Made by a program: the position numbers and the translations under genes
Part shown: positions 1 to 9,035 of the stretch, piece by piece
Numbering within the stretch: the stretch's first letter is position 1
Layout: each line of letters starts with the position of its first letter
Notes under the pieces: generated by a model
The model's database searches: none
What the model was told of the DNA's origin: nothing
The model's input: the letters and a program-made list of their open reading frames with translations, nothing else
Assembly (NCBI GenBank): GCA_051892415.1
Contig: JBJFGF010000009.1
Location: forward strand, 35,444-99,443
DNA: 64,000 nucleotides
From: Acutalibacteraceae bacterium
Lineage (GTDB): Bacteria > Bacillota > Clostridia > Oscillospirales > Acutalibacteraceae
Reading direction: 5' to 3'

Positions 1-399
1 ATTCAATTCAGTTATGATGACAAGGATTGGATGATCCAAATCTGGAAAGGCCAGTACGGAATGACCGCAGGTGCTGAAATCGGTGTTTATAACAAAACCG
101 ATAAGATAATGCAATATCAGGGAGTTTCTGAGGAAGAATTCCTTGAAATGTCCTTTGATTTTTATAATCAGGACGAATATGTTTTCTCAAGAGGTCCCGA
201 AAAACATTGGTGGCTTACAGGATTTAAAATATTGGATGCCGGTATTCCGGTTTTGATTGATCTCGATATCACTATCGTATTTCCCACAAAATCAATGGCG
301 GATGCTTTTGAAACGGGCCTGAAAAAAGCCGCTAAAGACAATCTCCTTGACCCGATGACTTACACAAGAGGCGCAAAGACATTCCATATTCATTGGTGA
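1..399 (+). CDS. DUF4474-like protein, C-terminal part (5' end cut by window edge)
   Basis: Frame 1 is open from nt 1 (IQFSYDDKDWMIQIWKGQYG...GAEIGVY), so the ORF continues upstream of the tracked Met at 31. The WKGQYG/GAEIG motif resembles DUF4474. Confidence 0.55.
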   Translation: MQFSYDDKDWMIQIWKGQYGMTAGAEIGVYNKTDKIMQYQGVSEEEFLEMSFDFYNQDEYVFSRGPEKHWWLTGFKILDAGIPVLIDLDITIVFPTKSMADAFETGLKKAAKDNLLDPMTYTRGAKTFHIHW

Positions 400-403
400 T
401 ATA

Positions 404-1822
404 ATGAGAAAATTATTAACTAAATTTGCAATTATTGCAGACCCCCATTATTACTCCGAAAAACTTGGAAACAGCGGCAAGGCATATGAACGCAGAGCCG
501 GTTCAGACCAAAAAATGCTTGCAGAAAGCCGTGGAACAGTATTAGCCGCTTTTGAGCAAATCAAAAATTCAGATGCAAAATTTTTGCTTATAGCTGGCGA
601 CCTTTCAAATGACGGCGAATTAGTCTCCCATGAAGAAATGCGGGAACTGCTTTATGAGTTCAAAAAAACAATGCCTGTCTATGTAATAACCGCAACTCAT
701 GATTGGTGTTGTGACGAAAACCCCCGAAGATACGAGGGCGACAATGTTTTCAATGATGTTGAAACTCTTGCACCCGAGGAACTTTCCGATTTTTATAAGG
801 ATTTCGGACCCGGTGAGGCAATTTCCGAATTCCATACCCATCAGGACAAGGTTTCATACGTGGTAAGACCCTGTGATGGTGTTTCTGTTTTTTGCCTTGA
901 TGATGACCAGAACGGAAACGGCGGAGCAGGTTATTCCCATGAGCATTTTCAATGGATTAAAGAGCAAACACAACTCGCAAAAGAACGGGGCGATGTTGTT
1001 TTCGGAATGCAACACCATCACCTATTCTTAACGGAATTTGACCGTGCAATCAACGGCAAGGGTTCAGTTGATTACAGAATTGAGCAGGTAACAAAATTTG
1101 CCGATATCGGTTTCCCTGTAATGTTTACAGGACACTCACACATGCAACATATACGAAAGGTTGAAACCGAAAAAGGCAATCACTTCTATGAAATTAACGT
1201 GGGCTCAATAAGCGGCTACCCCGCCCCCATTTGTTACTGTGACGTTTATGATGACGGCATAGATATTAAGACGGCTCACCTTGATAAATTCACACACAAC
1301 GGCAAGGAATACACAAATGAATTTTTAAAAAATCACGCTACCGCTCTTTTCAGCGATATAATTAAATCCGCCGCAGTCAACGAAAAAGATAAGTTTTTGG
1401 CTGTGGTTGAAGCCATCGGTTTAGCGCCGAAAAAAGCAAGTAAAATCTGGCTTGTTGCAAGACCGCTGCTTAAATGGCTTGATAAACTCACAGTAAAAAA
1501 AGCCGCAAGAATTCTGAATTTCATTTCTTTCGGCAAGGCCATAGACAAAAATGCCGCCAAAGAAATCGGAGATGTTAAAGTAACCGATATGGTTTTCGGT
1601 GCATTCCAATCAATTCTTGACGGTTCATTAACAAAGTACGACGAGGGCACTGCTTATTATACCGTTTTCACTCAAGCATTAGCGTTCCCCTTGCGACTTA
1701 TTAAAAAACTACATATAAAAAACGGCGGACTCACAAGAACCCTTGCACACATTAAAAATGCGGCGCCTGAAATTATGACCGGCGGTCCCCTTGACAACAA
1801 TAATTGGTTTTGTGAGTTTTAG
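404..1822 (+). CDS. metallophosphoesterase (calcineurin-like) with a long C-terminal domain of unknown function
   Basis: Motifs ADPHYY, GDLSNDGE, ATHDW, HHH and GHSHMQ are typical of the metallophosphoesterase fold. Confidence 0.8.
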   Translation: MRKLLTKFAIIADPHYYSEKLGNSGKAYERRAGSDQKMLAESRGTVLAAFEQIKNSDAKFLLIAGDLSNDGELVSHEEMRELLYEFKKTMPVYVITATHDWCCDENPRRYEGDNVFNDVETLAPEELSDFYKDFGPGEAISEFHTHQDKVSYVVRPCDGVSVFCLDDDQNGNGGAGYSHEHFQWIKEQTQLAKERGDVVFGMQHHHLFLTEFDRAINGKGSVDYRIEQVTKFADIGFPVMFTGHSHMQHIRKVETEKGNHFYEINVGSISGYPAPICYCDVYDDGIDIKTAHLDKFTHNGKEYTNEFLKNHATALFSDIIKSAAVNEKDKFLAVVEAIGLAPKKASKIWLVARPLLKWLDKLTVKKAARILNFISFGKAIDKNAAKEIGDVKVTDMVFGAFQSILDGSLTKYDEGTAYYTVFTQALAFPLRLIKKLHIKNGGLTRTLAHIKNAAPEIMTGGPLDNNNWFCEF

Positions 1823-1835
1823 TAGAAAATATTAA

Positions 1836-1873
1836 AGATGATGCAAGAGAATTTTTCTTGCATCATCTTTTTG
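1836..1873. terminator. bidirectional intrinsic terminator between convergent genes
   Basis: 12-bp perfect stem agatgatgcaag/cttgcatcatct (1836-1847 / 1857-1868), followed by TTTT. A-run on the other side. Confidence 0.75.
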
Positions 1874-1906
1874 CTTTTATAAGGATTAAAACAACTAATC
1901 CGCAAA

Positions 1907-2935
1907 TTATGCCTGTTCGGCAATATCAAATATAAGTCTTTCCGTCTTATCCCAACCGATACAGGGATCGGTAATTGATTTACCGTAGATTCCGTCACCT
2001 ATTTTTTGGGCGCCGTCTTCAATGTAACTTTCAATCATAATGCCCTTTACAAGTTTTTTAATATCATTGTTATGGGCTCTGCTATAAAGAATATCTTTGG
2101 TAATACGAATTTGCTCAAGATATTTCTTACCTGAGTTTGCATGGTTGGCATCGACGATACAGGAAGGATTTTTAAGCCCTGATGCAGCATAGGCGTCGCT
2201 TAAATTAAGCAAATCTTCATAGTGGTAATTCGATATGCAATGACCGTCCCTGTCAACAAAACCTCTCATAATTGCGTGGGCATAGGGATTGCCGTCGCTT
2301 TCAACCTCCCATCCTCTGTAAAGGAATGTATGGCTGCTCTGTGCGGCAGTAACTGCGTTCATCATAACGGAAATATCTCCACCTGTGGGATTCTTCATAC
2401 CAACGGGAATTTCAATACCGCTTGAAACAAGTCTGTGTTCCTGATTTTCAACGGAACGAGCGCCGATTGCAACGTATGAAAGCAAATCCGAAAGATAACG
2501 GTAGTTTGCAGGGTAAAGCATTTCATCCGCGCATGAAAATCCGTAATCCCGCAAAGCGCACATATGTAATTCACGAATCGAAATAATACCGTGGAGCATA
2601 TCGGGTTTTTCGTTGGGGTCGGGTTGATGAAGCATACCCTTGTAACCCGCACCGGTTGTTCTGGGCTTATTGGTGTAAATACGGGGAATGATTACAACTC
2701 TGTCTTTTACCTTTTCGCGAATCTCTGCAAGTCTTGAAATATAATCAAGAACAGGTTCTTTTGAATCGGCGGAACACGGGCCGATAATAAGAATAATCTT
2801 GTCCGATTCTCCCGTGAAAACATTTTTGATTTCAATATCGTTCTTTTCCTTTTGCTCCGCCATTTTGGCCGTAAGAGGAAACTGTTCTTTAATCTCCATC
2901 GGAATGGGAAGTTTTCTTTTGAAATTCATACTCAT
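1907..2935 (-). CDS. aroF: 3-deoxy-7-phosphoheptulonate (DAHP) synthase, class I (AroF/G/H-like)
   Basis: IIGPCSADS and KPRTTGAGYKGM motifs match the class I-alpha GPCS...KPRT..G.KG signature. Last gene of the aro operon. Confidence 0.9.
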   Translation of the reverse strand: MSMNFKRKLPIPMEIKEQFPLTAKMAEQKEKNDIEIKNVFTGESDKIILIIGPCSADSKEPVLDYISRLAEIREKVKDRVVIIPRIYTNKPRTTGAGYKGMLHQPDPNEKPDMLHGIISIRELHMCALRDYGFSCADEMLYPANYRYLSDLLSYVAIGARSVENQEHRLVSSGIEIPVGMKNPTGGDISVMMNAVTAAQSSHTFLYRGWEVESDGNPYAHAIMRGFVDRDGHCISNYHYEDLLNLSDAYAASGLKNPSCIVDANHANSGKKYLEQIRITKDILYSRAHNNDIKKLVKGIMIESYIEDGAQKIGDGIYGKSITDPCIGWDKTERLIFDIAEQA

Positions 2936-2951
2936 TTTAATATATCTCCTA

Positions 2952-4157
2952 TCAAATTATTTCATATTCTATTCCCAATGATTTTATATCATCAAAATAT
3001 CGGGGATAACTTTTATTAACACATTGTGCACCCGAAAGAGTTCCTCCGACTCTACTGCAAACAAGGGACATCGCCATTGCAATTCTATGGTCGTTGTGAC
3101 AGTCAACACATTCAACAGGCGCTTTAATTTCGGTTTTCGGAATTATGATTTCATCATCATACACAGAAACATCCGCACCGAATTTTTCCAGTTCCGCTTT
3201 CATTGTTTCCCCGCGGTCACTCTCTTTGATTTTAAGCCGTTTTGTTCCCACAAGTTTTACTCCGTTACAGAGAGCACCGCATGCCATAAGCACGGGACCC
3301 AAATCGGGACAGTCTGAAATATCAATGGTGGGACTCCCCTCTTTAAGTAATCGGTAAAAATCCCGATATATTCTGTCTCCTTGAAAACTGTCCTTATTCA
3401 AGTTTTCTACTTGTACATTGCCGTCAATTAAATTGAATGCTTCTAAAAAGGCTCCGTTTGACCAATCGCCTTCAACCGATAGACTACCGGGTTGATAATG
3501 TTGATCGCCTTTTACAAAGAAACCGTCGTCAATTTTTTCAACAACAACACCGAACTGACTTAAAACATCAATAGTAATATCAACATAGGGCGAACTTTCG
3601 AGAGCGGTTGTTAAAAGGATTTTGCTGTTTCCTTTGAGCAATGGCAGAGTAAACAGAAGCCCTGTTAAAAACTGACTGCTCACATCTCCGCGAACTTTAT
3701 ATGTACCGGCTGTAAGGAGTCCCCCTGCAATTAAAGAATCTCCTTTTCTTTTCAAAAAACAACCTTTTTCTTTGAAAAGTTCCTCATAAACACTTTGGGG
3801 TCGTTCCATAAGGCGACCGCTTCCCCTGAAAGAAACTTCTTTTGCAAAAACAAGACTTAAAGGAATTAAAAACCTTAACGTACTTCCGCTTTCGTTGCAA
3901 AAAAGGTCGATTTTTTCTTGAAATATTCCACTATCAATTCCGTCAACTACGGCTTTGTTGCCATCAAGTTCAATTTTTGCACCCATTTGCCTCAAACAAT
4001 CTACTGTTGCGGTAATATCGTCATTAACACCTATATTTTCAATAATGCTTCTTCCCTTTGCCAGAGCCGCGCATATCAGTAAACGGTGAGCACAACTTTT
4101 GGAGGGCGGTGCATTTATACTTCCTTTGGCAACCGACGGTTTTATAATTACATTCAT
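2952..4157 (-). CDS. aroA: 3-phosphoshikimate 1-carboxyvinyltransferase (EPSP synthase)
   Basis: PPSKSCAHR, NESGSTLRFL and DHRIAMA motifs. 4-nt overlap with aroQ. Confidence 0.93.
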   Translation of the reverse strand: MNVIIKPSVAKGSINAPPSKSCAHRLLICAALAKGRSIIENIGVNDDITATVDCLRQMGAKIELDGNKAVVDGIDSGIFQEKIDLFCNESGSTLRFLIPLSLVFAKEVSFRGSGRLMERPQSVYEELFKEKGCFLKRKGDSLIAGGLLTAGTYKVRGDVSSQFLTGLLFTLPLLKGNSKILLTTALESSPYVDITIDVLSQFGVVVEKIDDGFFVKGDQHYQPGSLSVEGDWSNGAFLEAFNLIDGNVQVENLNKDSFQGDRIYRDFYRLLKEGSPTIDISDCPDLGPVLMACGALCNGVKLVGTKRLKIKESDRGETMKAELEKFGADVSVYDDEIIIPKTEIKAPVECVDCHNDHRIAMAMSLVCSRVGGTLSGAQCVNKSYPRYFDDIKSLGIEYEII

Positions 4158-4588
4158 TCCGTTACCTTCCTTATAAGTTCATCAACAGCAAGGAGATAGC
4201 CGTCGGTACCTTTACCGCCTATAGTTTTAAAGCATGCGCTCCTTACATAACTCACCTTTCTGAATTCTTCACGGTTATCCACGTCCGAAATATGCACCTC
4301 AACCGCAGGAATACTGACAGCCTTTAGAGCGTCGAGAATAGCAACGCTTGTATGCGTATAGCCTCCGGGATTTATAACTATACCGTCATACAGTCCGTAT
4401 GCACTTTGAATAACATCCACCAAATCGCCCTCGTGGTTTGATTGATAGCACCTTATTCCCACATTTTTGCTTTTTCCGTAATTCTCTATTTTTTCCACGA
4501 GGGAATTGTATGTCTCTTTTCCGTATATATCCGGTTCTCTTATGCCGAGCATATTGAGATTCGGTCCGTTAATTACAAGAATATTCAT
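4154..4588 (-). CDS. aroQ: type II 3-dehydroquinate dehydratase
   Basis: NILVINGPNLNMLGIREPDIYG signature. Start moved to the ATG at 4588, which has GAGGA 8 nt upstream; the track start at 4621 lies inside the upstream gene. Confidence 0.92.
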   Translation of the reverse strand: MNILVINGPNLNMLGIREPDIYGKETYNSLVEKIENYGKSKNVGIRCYQSNHEGDLVDVIQSAYGLYDGIVINPGGYTHTSVAILDALKAVSIPAVEVHISDVDNREEFRKVSYVRSACFKTIGGKGTDGYLLAVDELIRKVTE

Positions 4589-5819
4589 AATAATCATCCT
4601 CAATAAGTTTTGCAACTTCATCCACCGTGCCGGAGCCGTCTATGATAACATCCGCCGCGCGTTTATATAACCCGTATCTTTCGTTGTACCTTTTTTCCAA
4701 ATCACTTCTATTACTTGAAAGGGGTCTGTCCGAAGTTGTAATGAGTTTTTCCAAAGGTCTGTCGAGAAAATATACCCGTCCGTTACCCTTTAAAATTTCA
4801 ATATTTTCTTCATTTAAAATCACACCGCCACCTGTGGAAATTATTTGGGAGTTTTTCATTGAAACGGTTTTAATTACTTCTTTCTCTATGCTCCTGAAAA
4901 CCGATTCTCCGTAACAGGTGAAAATATCGGGAACAGATTTTCCTGCGTTTCGGACAATTTCTTCATCGCTATCGGTAAAAGTCTTACAAAGTTTTTCGGA
5001 AATTGCCTTTCCCACAGATGTTTTTCCGCTTGAAGGCATGCCAATTAAGACTATATTCATCTTATCTTTATAAAGATTTTGAAAAATTTTCTCAACTTTT
5101 TCGCAATCCACGGGAGCATCTATGAATTTTTCAACTGCGAAAGCGGCTTGGGAAACGAGCATATACAATCCGCCCACGGCAGTTATATTTTTCTTTTGAG
5201 CATCCAGAACAATTTTTGATTTTAAAGGGTTATAAACCGCATCAAAAACCGCCTTAACCTCCGGCAATTTATTCAAATCAACTGCTGAAACATTGATTTT
5301 AGGGAACATACCGCAAGGAGTTGTGTTTATTATTACTTCACAATCATTATGCTTTTCATAAAGTTCTTGATAGGTTATATAACCTTCCCTGGAAGTTCTT
5401 GAAACTTTCAAAACCTCTTTAGCGTTCATGTCTTTGGCTACTGCAAAGGCTGTATTTGAGGTACCTCCGCTACCGAGTATAACAATCCTTTTATTCTCTA
5501 AACTTACTTTTTCACGTTCAATCAATGCTTTAAGACCATAGTAATCCGTATTAAACCCATAAAGTTTTCCGTCCTTATTCACAATGGTATTAACGGCATT
5601 TATTGCCCTCGCTTCGTCCGAAATCCAATCAAGGTGTTCTATAACATCCTGTTTATAGGGAATAGTGACGTTAATGGCTTTAAAATCCCTGCGGGAGAAA
5701 AAATCGGGAAGTTCCTCGGGTTTTAATTCCTTTAAACAGTAGTCATAATCCGCAAGTGCATTATGTATTTCCTTTGAAAAACTGTGACCTAATTTTTCAC
5801 CTATGCAACCGTATTCCAT
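4569..5819 (-). CDS. aroE: bifunctional shikimate dehydrogenase / shikimate kinase (AroE-AroK fusion)
   Basis: The N-terminal ~255 aa are AroE-like (GEKLGHSFSKEIHN, ILGSGGTS Rossmann fold). The C-terminal ~160 aa are a shikimate kinase with P-loop VLIGMPSSGKTSVGK. Confidence 0.88.
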   Translation of the reverse strand: MEYGCIGEKLGHSFSKEIHNALADYDYCLKELKPEELPDFFSRRDFKAINVTIPYKQDVIEHLDWISDEARAINAVNTIVNKDGKLYGFNTDYYGLKALIEREKVSLENKRIVILGSGGTSNTAFAVAKDMNAKEVLKVSRTSREGYITYQELYEKHNDCEVIINTTPCGMFPKINVSAVDLNKLPEVKAVFDAVYNPLKSKIVLDAQKKNITAVGGLYMLVSQAAFAVEKFIDAPVDCEKVEKIFQNLYKDKMNIVLIGMPSSGKTSVGKAISEKLCKTFTDSDEEIVRNAGKSVPDIFTCYGESVFRSIEKEVIKTVSMKNSQIISTGGGVILNEENIEILKGNGRVYFLDRPLEKLITTSDRPLSSNRSDLEKRYNERYGLYKRAADVIIDGSGTVDEVAKLIEDDYYEYSCN

Positions 5820-6913
5820 TAAATATCACCAAGCCAATCGGTACCGAATTTCTGTGAAAGCAAATCACAAACTACAAGTGCTGTTACACTGTCAACAACA
5901 ACTCTCGCTCTGTGAACGATACAGGGATCGTGTCTTCCCTTAACACCTAAAACCGTATTTTCACCGTTTATAAAATCAACAGTTTCCTGTTCTTTTGAAA
6001 TTGACGGTGTAGGCTTCACGGCACATTTGAAAACAACGGGCATTCCGTTTGTTATACCGCCGTTGATACCGCCGTTATTGTTAGTTTTTGTAACGACCTC
6101 GCCCTTTTCAAAAACAAAACTGTCATTCATTTCGCTTCCGTACATATCGGCACAGGAAAAACCTGCTCCGAATTCAACCCCTTTAACGGCTGGGATTGCA
6201 AAAAGACCATGGGAAAGCACACTTTCAAAAGTATCAAACCAAGGCTCACCCACACCGGCGGGTAAACCGATAATGGCGGTTTCAAGAATTCCGCCCACGC
6301 TATCGCCCATTGCGGCGGCACTCTCGATATTTTTAACCATCTGTTCGCCTTTTGCGTCATCAAGGACTGCAAACATTTTGTTTGCAAGCAAATCAATGTC
6401 TGCTTCATAATCTGAAAAATTTGAATCCTCTATTCCCGCACACTTAGAAATATGCGTACCTAATTTTATACCCTTTTGGGAAAGCATATCAATGGCGATT
6501 GCCCCTGCCGCAACAAGTCCGGCAGTAATTCTGCCGCTGAAATGACCGCCTCCCCGGTAATCCTCACAGCCCTTGTACTTACAAAAAGCCGTAAAATCCG
6601 CGTGTCCGGGACGTGCTTTCCCGTAACTTTCAGAATAATCCGACGAGTGAGTGTTTTCATTTTTTATCATTATACAAACCGGTGTTCCCGTTGTTTTGCC
6701 GTTGAAAACTCCGCTGAGTATTTCAAAATCATCCGCTTCTTTGCGTGGGGTTGAAATTTTTCCCACGGGTCTTCTTAAATCAAGTTGATGGGAAATAAAG
6801 TTTTTATCAATTTCAACACCGGCAGGTAAACCGTCGATTACCGCACCTATTGCTGCGCCGTGACTTTCACCGAAAAGAGTTATACTTACATTATTACCAA
6901 ATGTATTTTTCAA
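5819..6913 (-). CDS. aroC: chorismate synthase
   Basis: FGESHG, RPGHAD and GGGHFSGR motifs. Start codon is TTG (rc of caa at 6911-6913), with GGGAGG upstream. It overlaps the aroB stop as TTGA. Confidence 0.93.
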   Translation of the reverse strand: MKNTFGNNVSITLFGESHGAAIGAVIDGLPAGVEIDKNFISHQLDLRRPVGKISTPRKEADDFEILSGVFNGKTTGTPVCIMIKNENTHSSDYSESYGKARPGHADFTAFCKYKGCEDYRGGGHFSGRITAGLVAAGAIAIDMLSQKGIKLGTHISKCAGIEDSNFSDYEADIDLLANKMFAVLDDAKGEQMVKNIESAAAMGDSVGGILETAIIGLPAGVGEPWFDTFESVLSHGLFAIPAVKGVEFGAGFSCADMYGSEMNDSFVFEKGEVVTKTNNNGGINGGITNGMPVVFKCAVKPTPSISKEQETVDFINGENTVLGVKGRHDPCIVHRARVVVDSVTALVVCDLLSQKFGTDWLGDI

Positions 6914-7923
6914 TTTAAGTACGCCTCCCTTACTAAAACATCCAATTCCTCAAATGTTAAAAATCTGAATTCGAAACTGCCTATTTCATTGACGAAAACC
7001 ACATTAACTCCGTCCGCTTTTGCTTTTTTATCGTGACGAAGTGCGGAAAGAATTTCATCCGCAGAAAAATCAAATTTAACGGGCAAATCATATTTTGTAA
7101 GTACTTTAAGAAGCCTTTCCCTTACGGAATCGGAGGAAAAAGCCAACATACCCATTGAAACACATTCTCCGTGAAGATATTCCGAAAGTCCTGCGGCAGT
7201 TTCAATAGCATGCCCTGCAGTGTGACCGAAATTCAAAACTTTTCTGAGACCGAGTTCTTTTTCATCTTCTTCAACAACTGCTTTTTTAATCCTTAAAGAG
7301 CGTTCTATAATTGTGTCTATAACATATTCAGCATTTTCATTTTCAATCAATTCAAAAAGTTCTTTATCCGAAGTTGCCGCCATTTTAATGCTCTCTGCCA
7401 AACCGTTATTAAACTGTCTTTTTGAGAGAGTCTTTAAAACATCCGAGTCAATAACAACTGCTTTGGGTTGGTAAAAAGCACCCACGGTATTCTTATAGCC
7501 GCCGAAATCTATTGCGGTTTTACCGCCGATTGAAGAATCAACCTGTGATAAAAGAGTGGTCGGTATATTATAAAAATCAATACCTCTCATATAGGTTGCC
7601 GCGGTAAATCCCGAAAGATCTCCAACAACGCCGCCGCCCACTGCCACAACGCAATCAGCTCTTGAAAATTCATTTTCACTCAATACCTGAAGTAATTCTT
7701 TGTATGTATCAAATGATTTACTCTTTTCTCCCTGGGGTATGGCTTTTATAATGGCGATTTTAAACTGCTCGGCTACCGTTTCGGCATATCTGAAAGGTAC
7801 TCCGTCATCAGTAATTATAAGCGCCTTTTTATCAGTATTGCAATATTGAGAAAGTCGGTTAATTGAACCTCTTTCGATAACGATATTGTAATCACCCATG
7901 GATGTTTTGACTGTTAATTTCAT
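6910..7923 (-). CDS. aroB: 3-dehydroquinate synthase
   Basis: GGGVVGDLSGF, GGKTAID and HGECVSMG motifs. Start set at the ATG at 7923 (MKLTVKT), downstream of the pheA stop at 7935. Confidence 0.92.
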   Translation of the reverse strand: MKLTVKTSMGDYNIVIERGSINRLSQYCNTDKKALIITDDGVPFRYAETVAEQFKIAIIKAIPQGEKSKSFDTYKELLQVLSENEFSRADCVVAVGGGVVGDLSGFTAATYMRGIDFYNIPTTLLSQVDSSIGGKTAIDFGGYKNTVGAFYQPKAVVIDSDVLKTLSKRQFNNGLAESIKMAATSDKELFELIENENAEYVIDTIIERSLRIKKAVVEEDEKELGLRKVLNFGHTAGHAIETAAGLSEYLHGECVSMGMLAFSSDSVRERLLKVLTKYDLPVKFDFSADEILSALRHDKKAKADGVNVVFVNEIGSFEFRFLTFEELDVLVREAYLN

Positions 7924-7934
7924 AAATAAAACCC

Positions 7935-9035
7935 TTATATATTTTGTTCTTTTGAGTATCTGCCCACTAATCGCACGTTTGTGCAAACCGCCGACAGTTT
8001 CTTAAGCATATTTTTTTCATCTTCCTTAGTAAGTTTCCCCTCACCCTCAAGGAAGAAATAATAGTTCCAGATAACGTCCTTTGACGGTCTGCTTTTTAGC
8101 GCTTTCAAGTTGTAACCGCAGTCACCGAATACAGAAATAGCCCTACTTAAAGAACCTGCTTCATCGCGAACGGTAAAAAGAACTATAAAATTTTCGTCAC
8201 CCATGGATTCACCACGGGGAATTCTTGAAAACACTGCAAAGCGTGTAGTATTCGTACTATCCTTATTTATTTTTCTGTCAATCAGTTTGAGCCCGTATTC
8301 GTGACCTGCTTCAAGGCTGCAAATAACACCGACGGATCTGTCATTGTTTTGGGCAACTTTTGCGGCGGCAAGGGCGGTATTGACAGACTCCTCTGTTTCA
8401 AGACCGCGCTCTGAAATGTACTCGGCGCATTGTCCGAGTGCCTGGGGATGACTGATAACCTTTTTTATTGTGTTACGGTGGGAATCCGGTGTGCCGAAAA
8501 GGTGTTGCTCAACCGCCATATCATAAACACCGTTTATGAAAAGTGACCCGAAATAAGTCAAGTCCATTACTCTTGCAACATCACCCTCATAACTGTTTTC
8601 AATGGGAAGTACGGCACATTCACACTCGCCCTTTTCAACGGCTTTATATGCGGATTTAAAATCGGGGTAAGGAACAGGATTTCCATCCGGGAAAATGCGT
8701 TTTACGGCAATCTCCGCAAAAGCACCTTTAACTCCGGAAAAAGCTATTCTTGTTCCGTCAAGAATCTTATGCTGAAAGTCCTTTGACAGATTCATAGTTG
8801 TTTTTTGGAAATTAACGTAATAAGAACGTATCTCCTCATCTGTGACAAGGGCGCTGTTTTTTTCAATAAGTGCGGCTTCTCTTACGGCATCTTCAACAGG
8901 AATTCCGTTAACCTTTTTATATTCCGCAACATCCTTAACCGCTTCCATTCTTTTTTGAAAAAGTTCGGCAATTTTTTCGTCGATTTCTCCAATGGTTTTT
9001 CGGGCATTTTGGAAATTTTTTTCGTAATCAATCAT
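7935..9035 (-). CDS. pheA: bifunctional chorismate mutase / prephenate dehydratase with C-terminal ACT domain
   Basis: N-terminal AroQ-type chorismate mutase helix region (IDEKIAELFQKRMEAV). PDT domain (IAFSGVKGAFAE, TRF). ACT-like tail. Start at ATG 9035 with a GAGGA SD. Confidence 0.9.
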   Translation of the reverse strand: MIDYEKNFQNARKTIGEIDEKIAELFQKRMEAVKDVAEYKKVNGIPVEDAVREAALIEKNSALVTDEEIRSYYVNFQKTTMNLSKDFQHKILDGTRIAFSGVKGAFAEIAVKRIFPDGNPVPYPDFKSAYKAVEKGECECAVLPIENSYEGDVARVMDLTYFGSLFINGVYDMAVEQHLFGTPDSHRNTIKKVISHPQALGQCAEYISERGLETEESVNTALAAAKVAQNNDRSVGVICSLEAGHEYGLKLIDRKINKDSTNTTRFAVFSRIPRGESMGDENFIVLFTVRDEAGSLSRAISVFGDCGYNLKALKSRPSKDVIWNYYFFLEGEGKLTKEDEKNMLKKLSAVCTNVRLVGRYSKEQNI

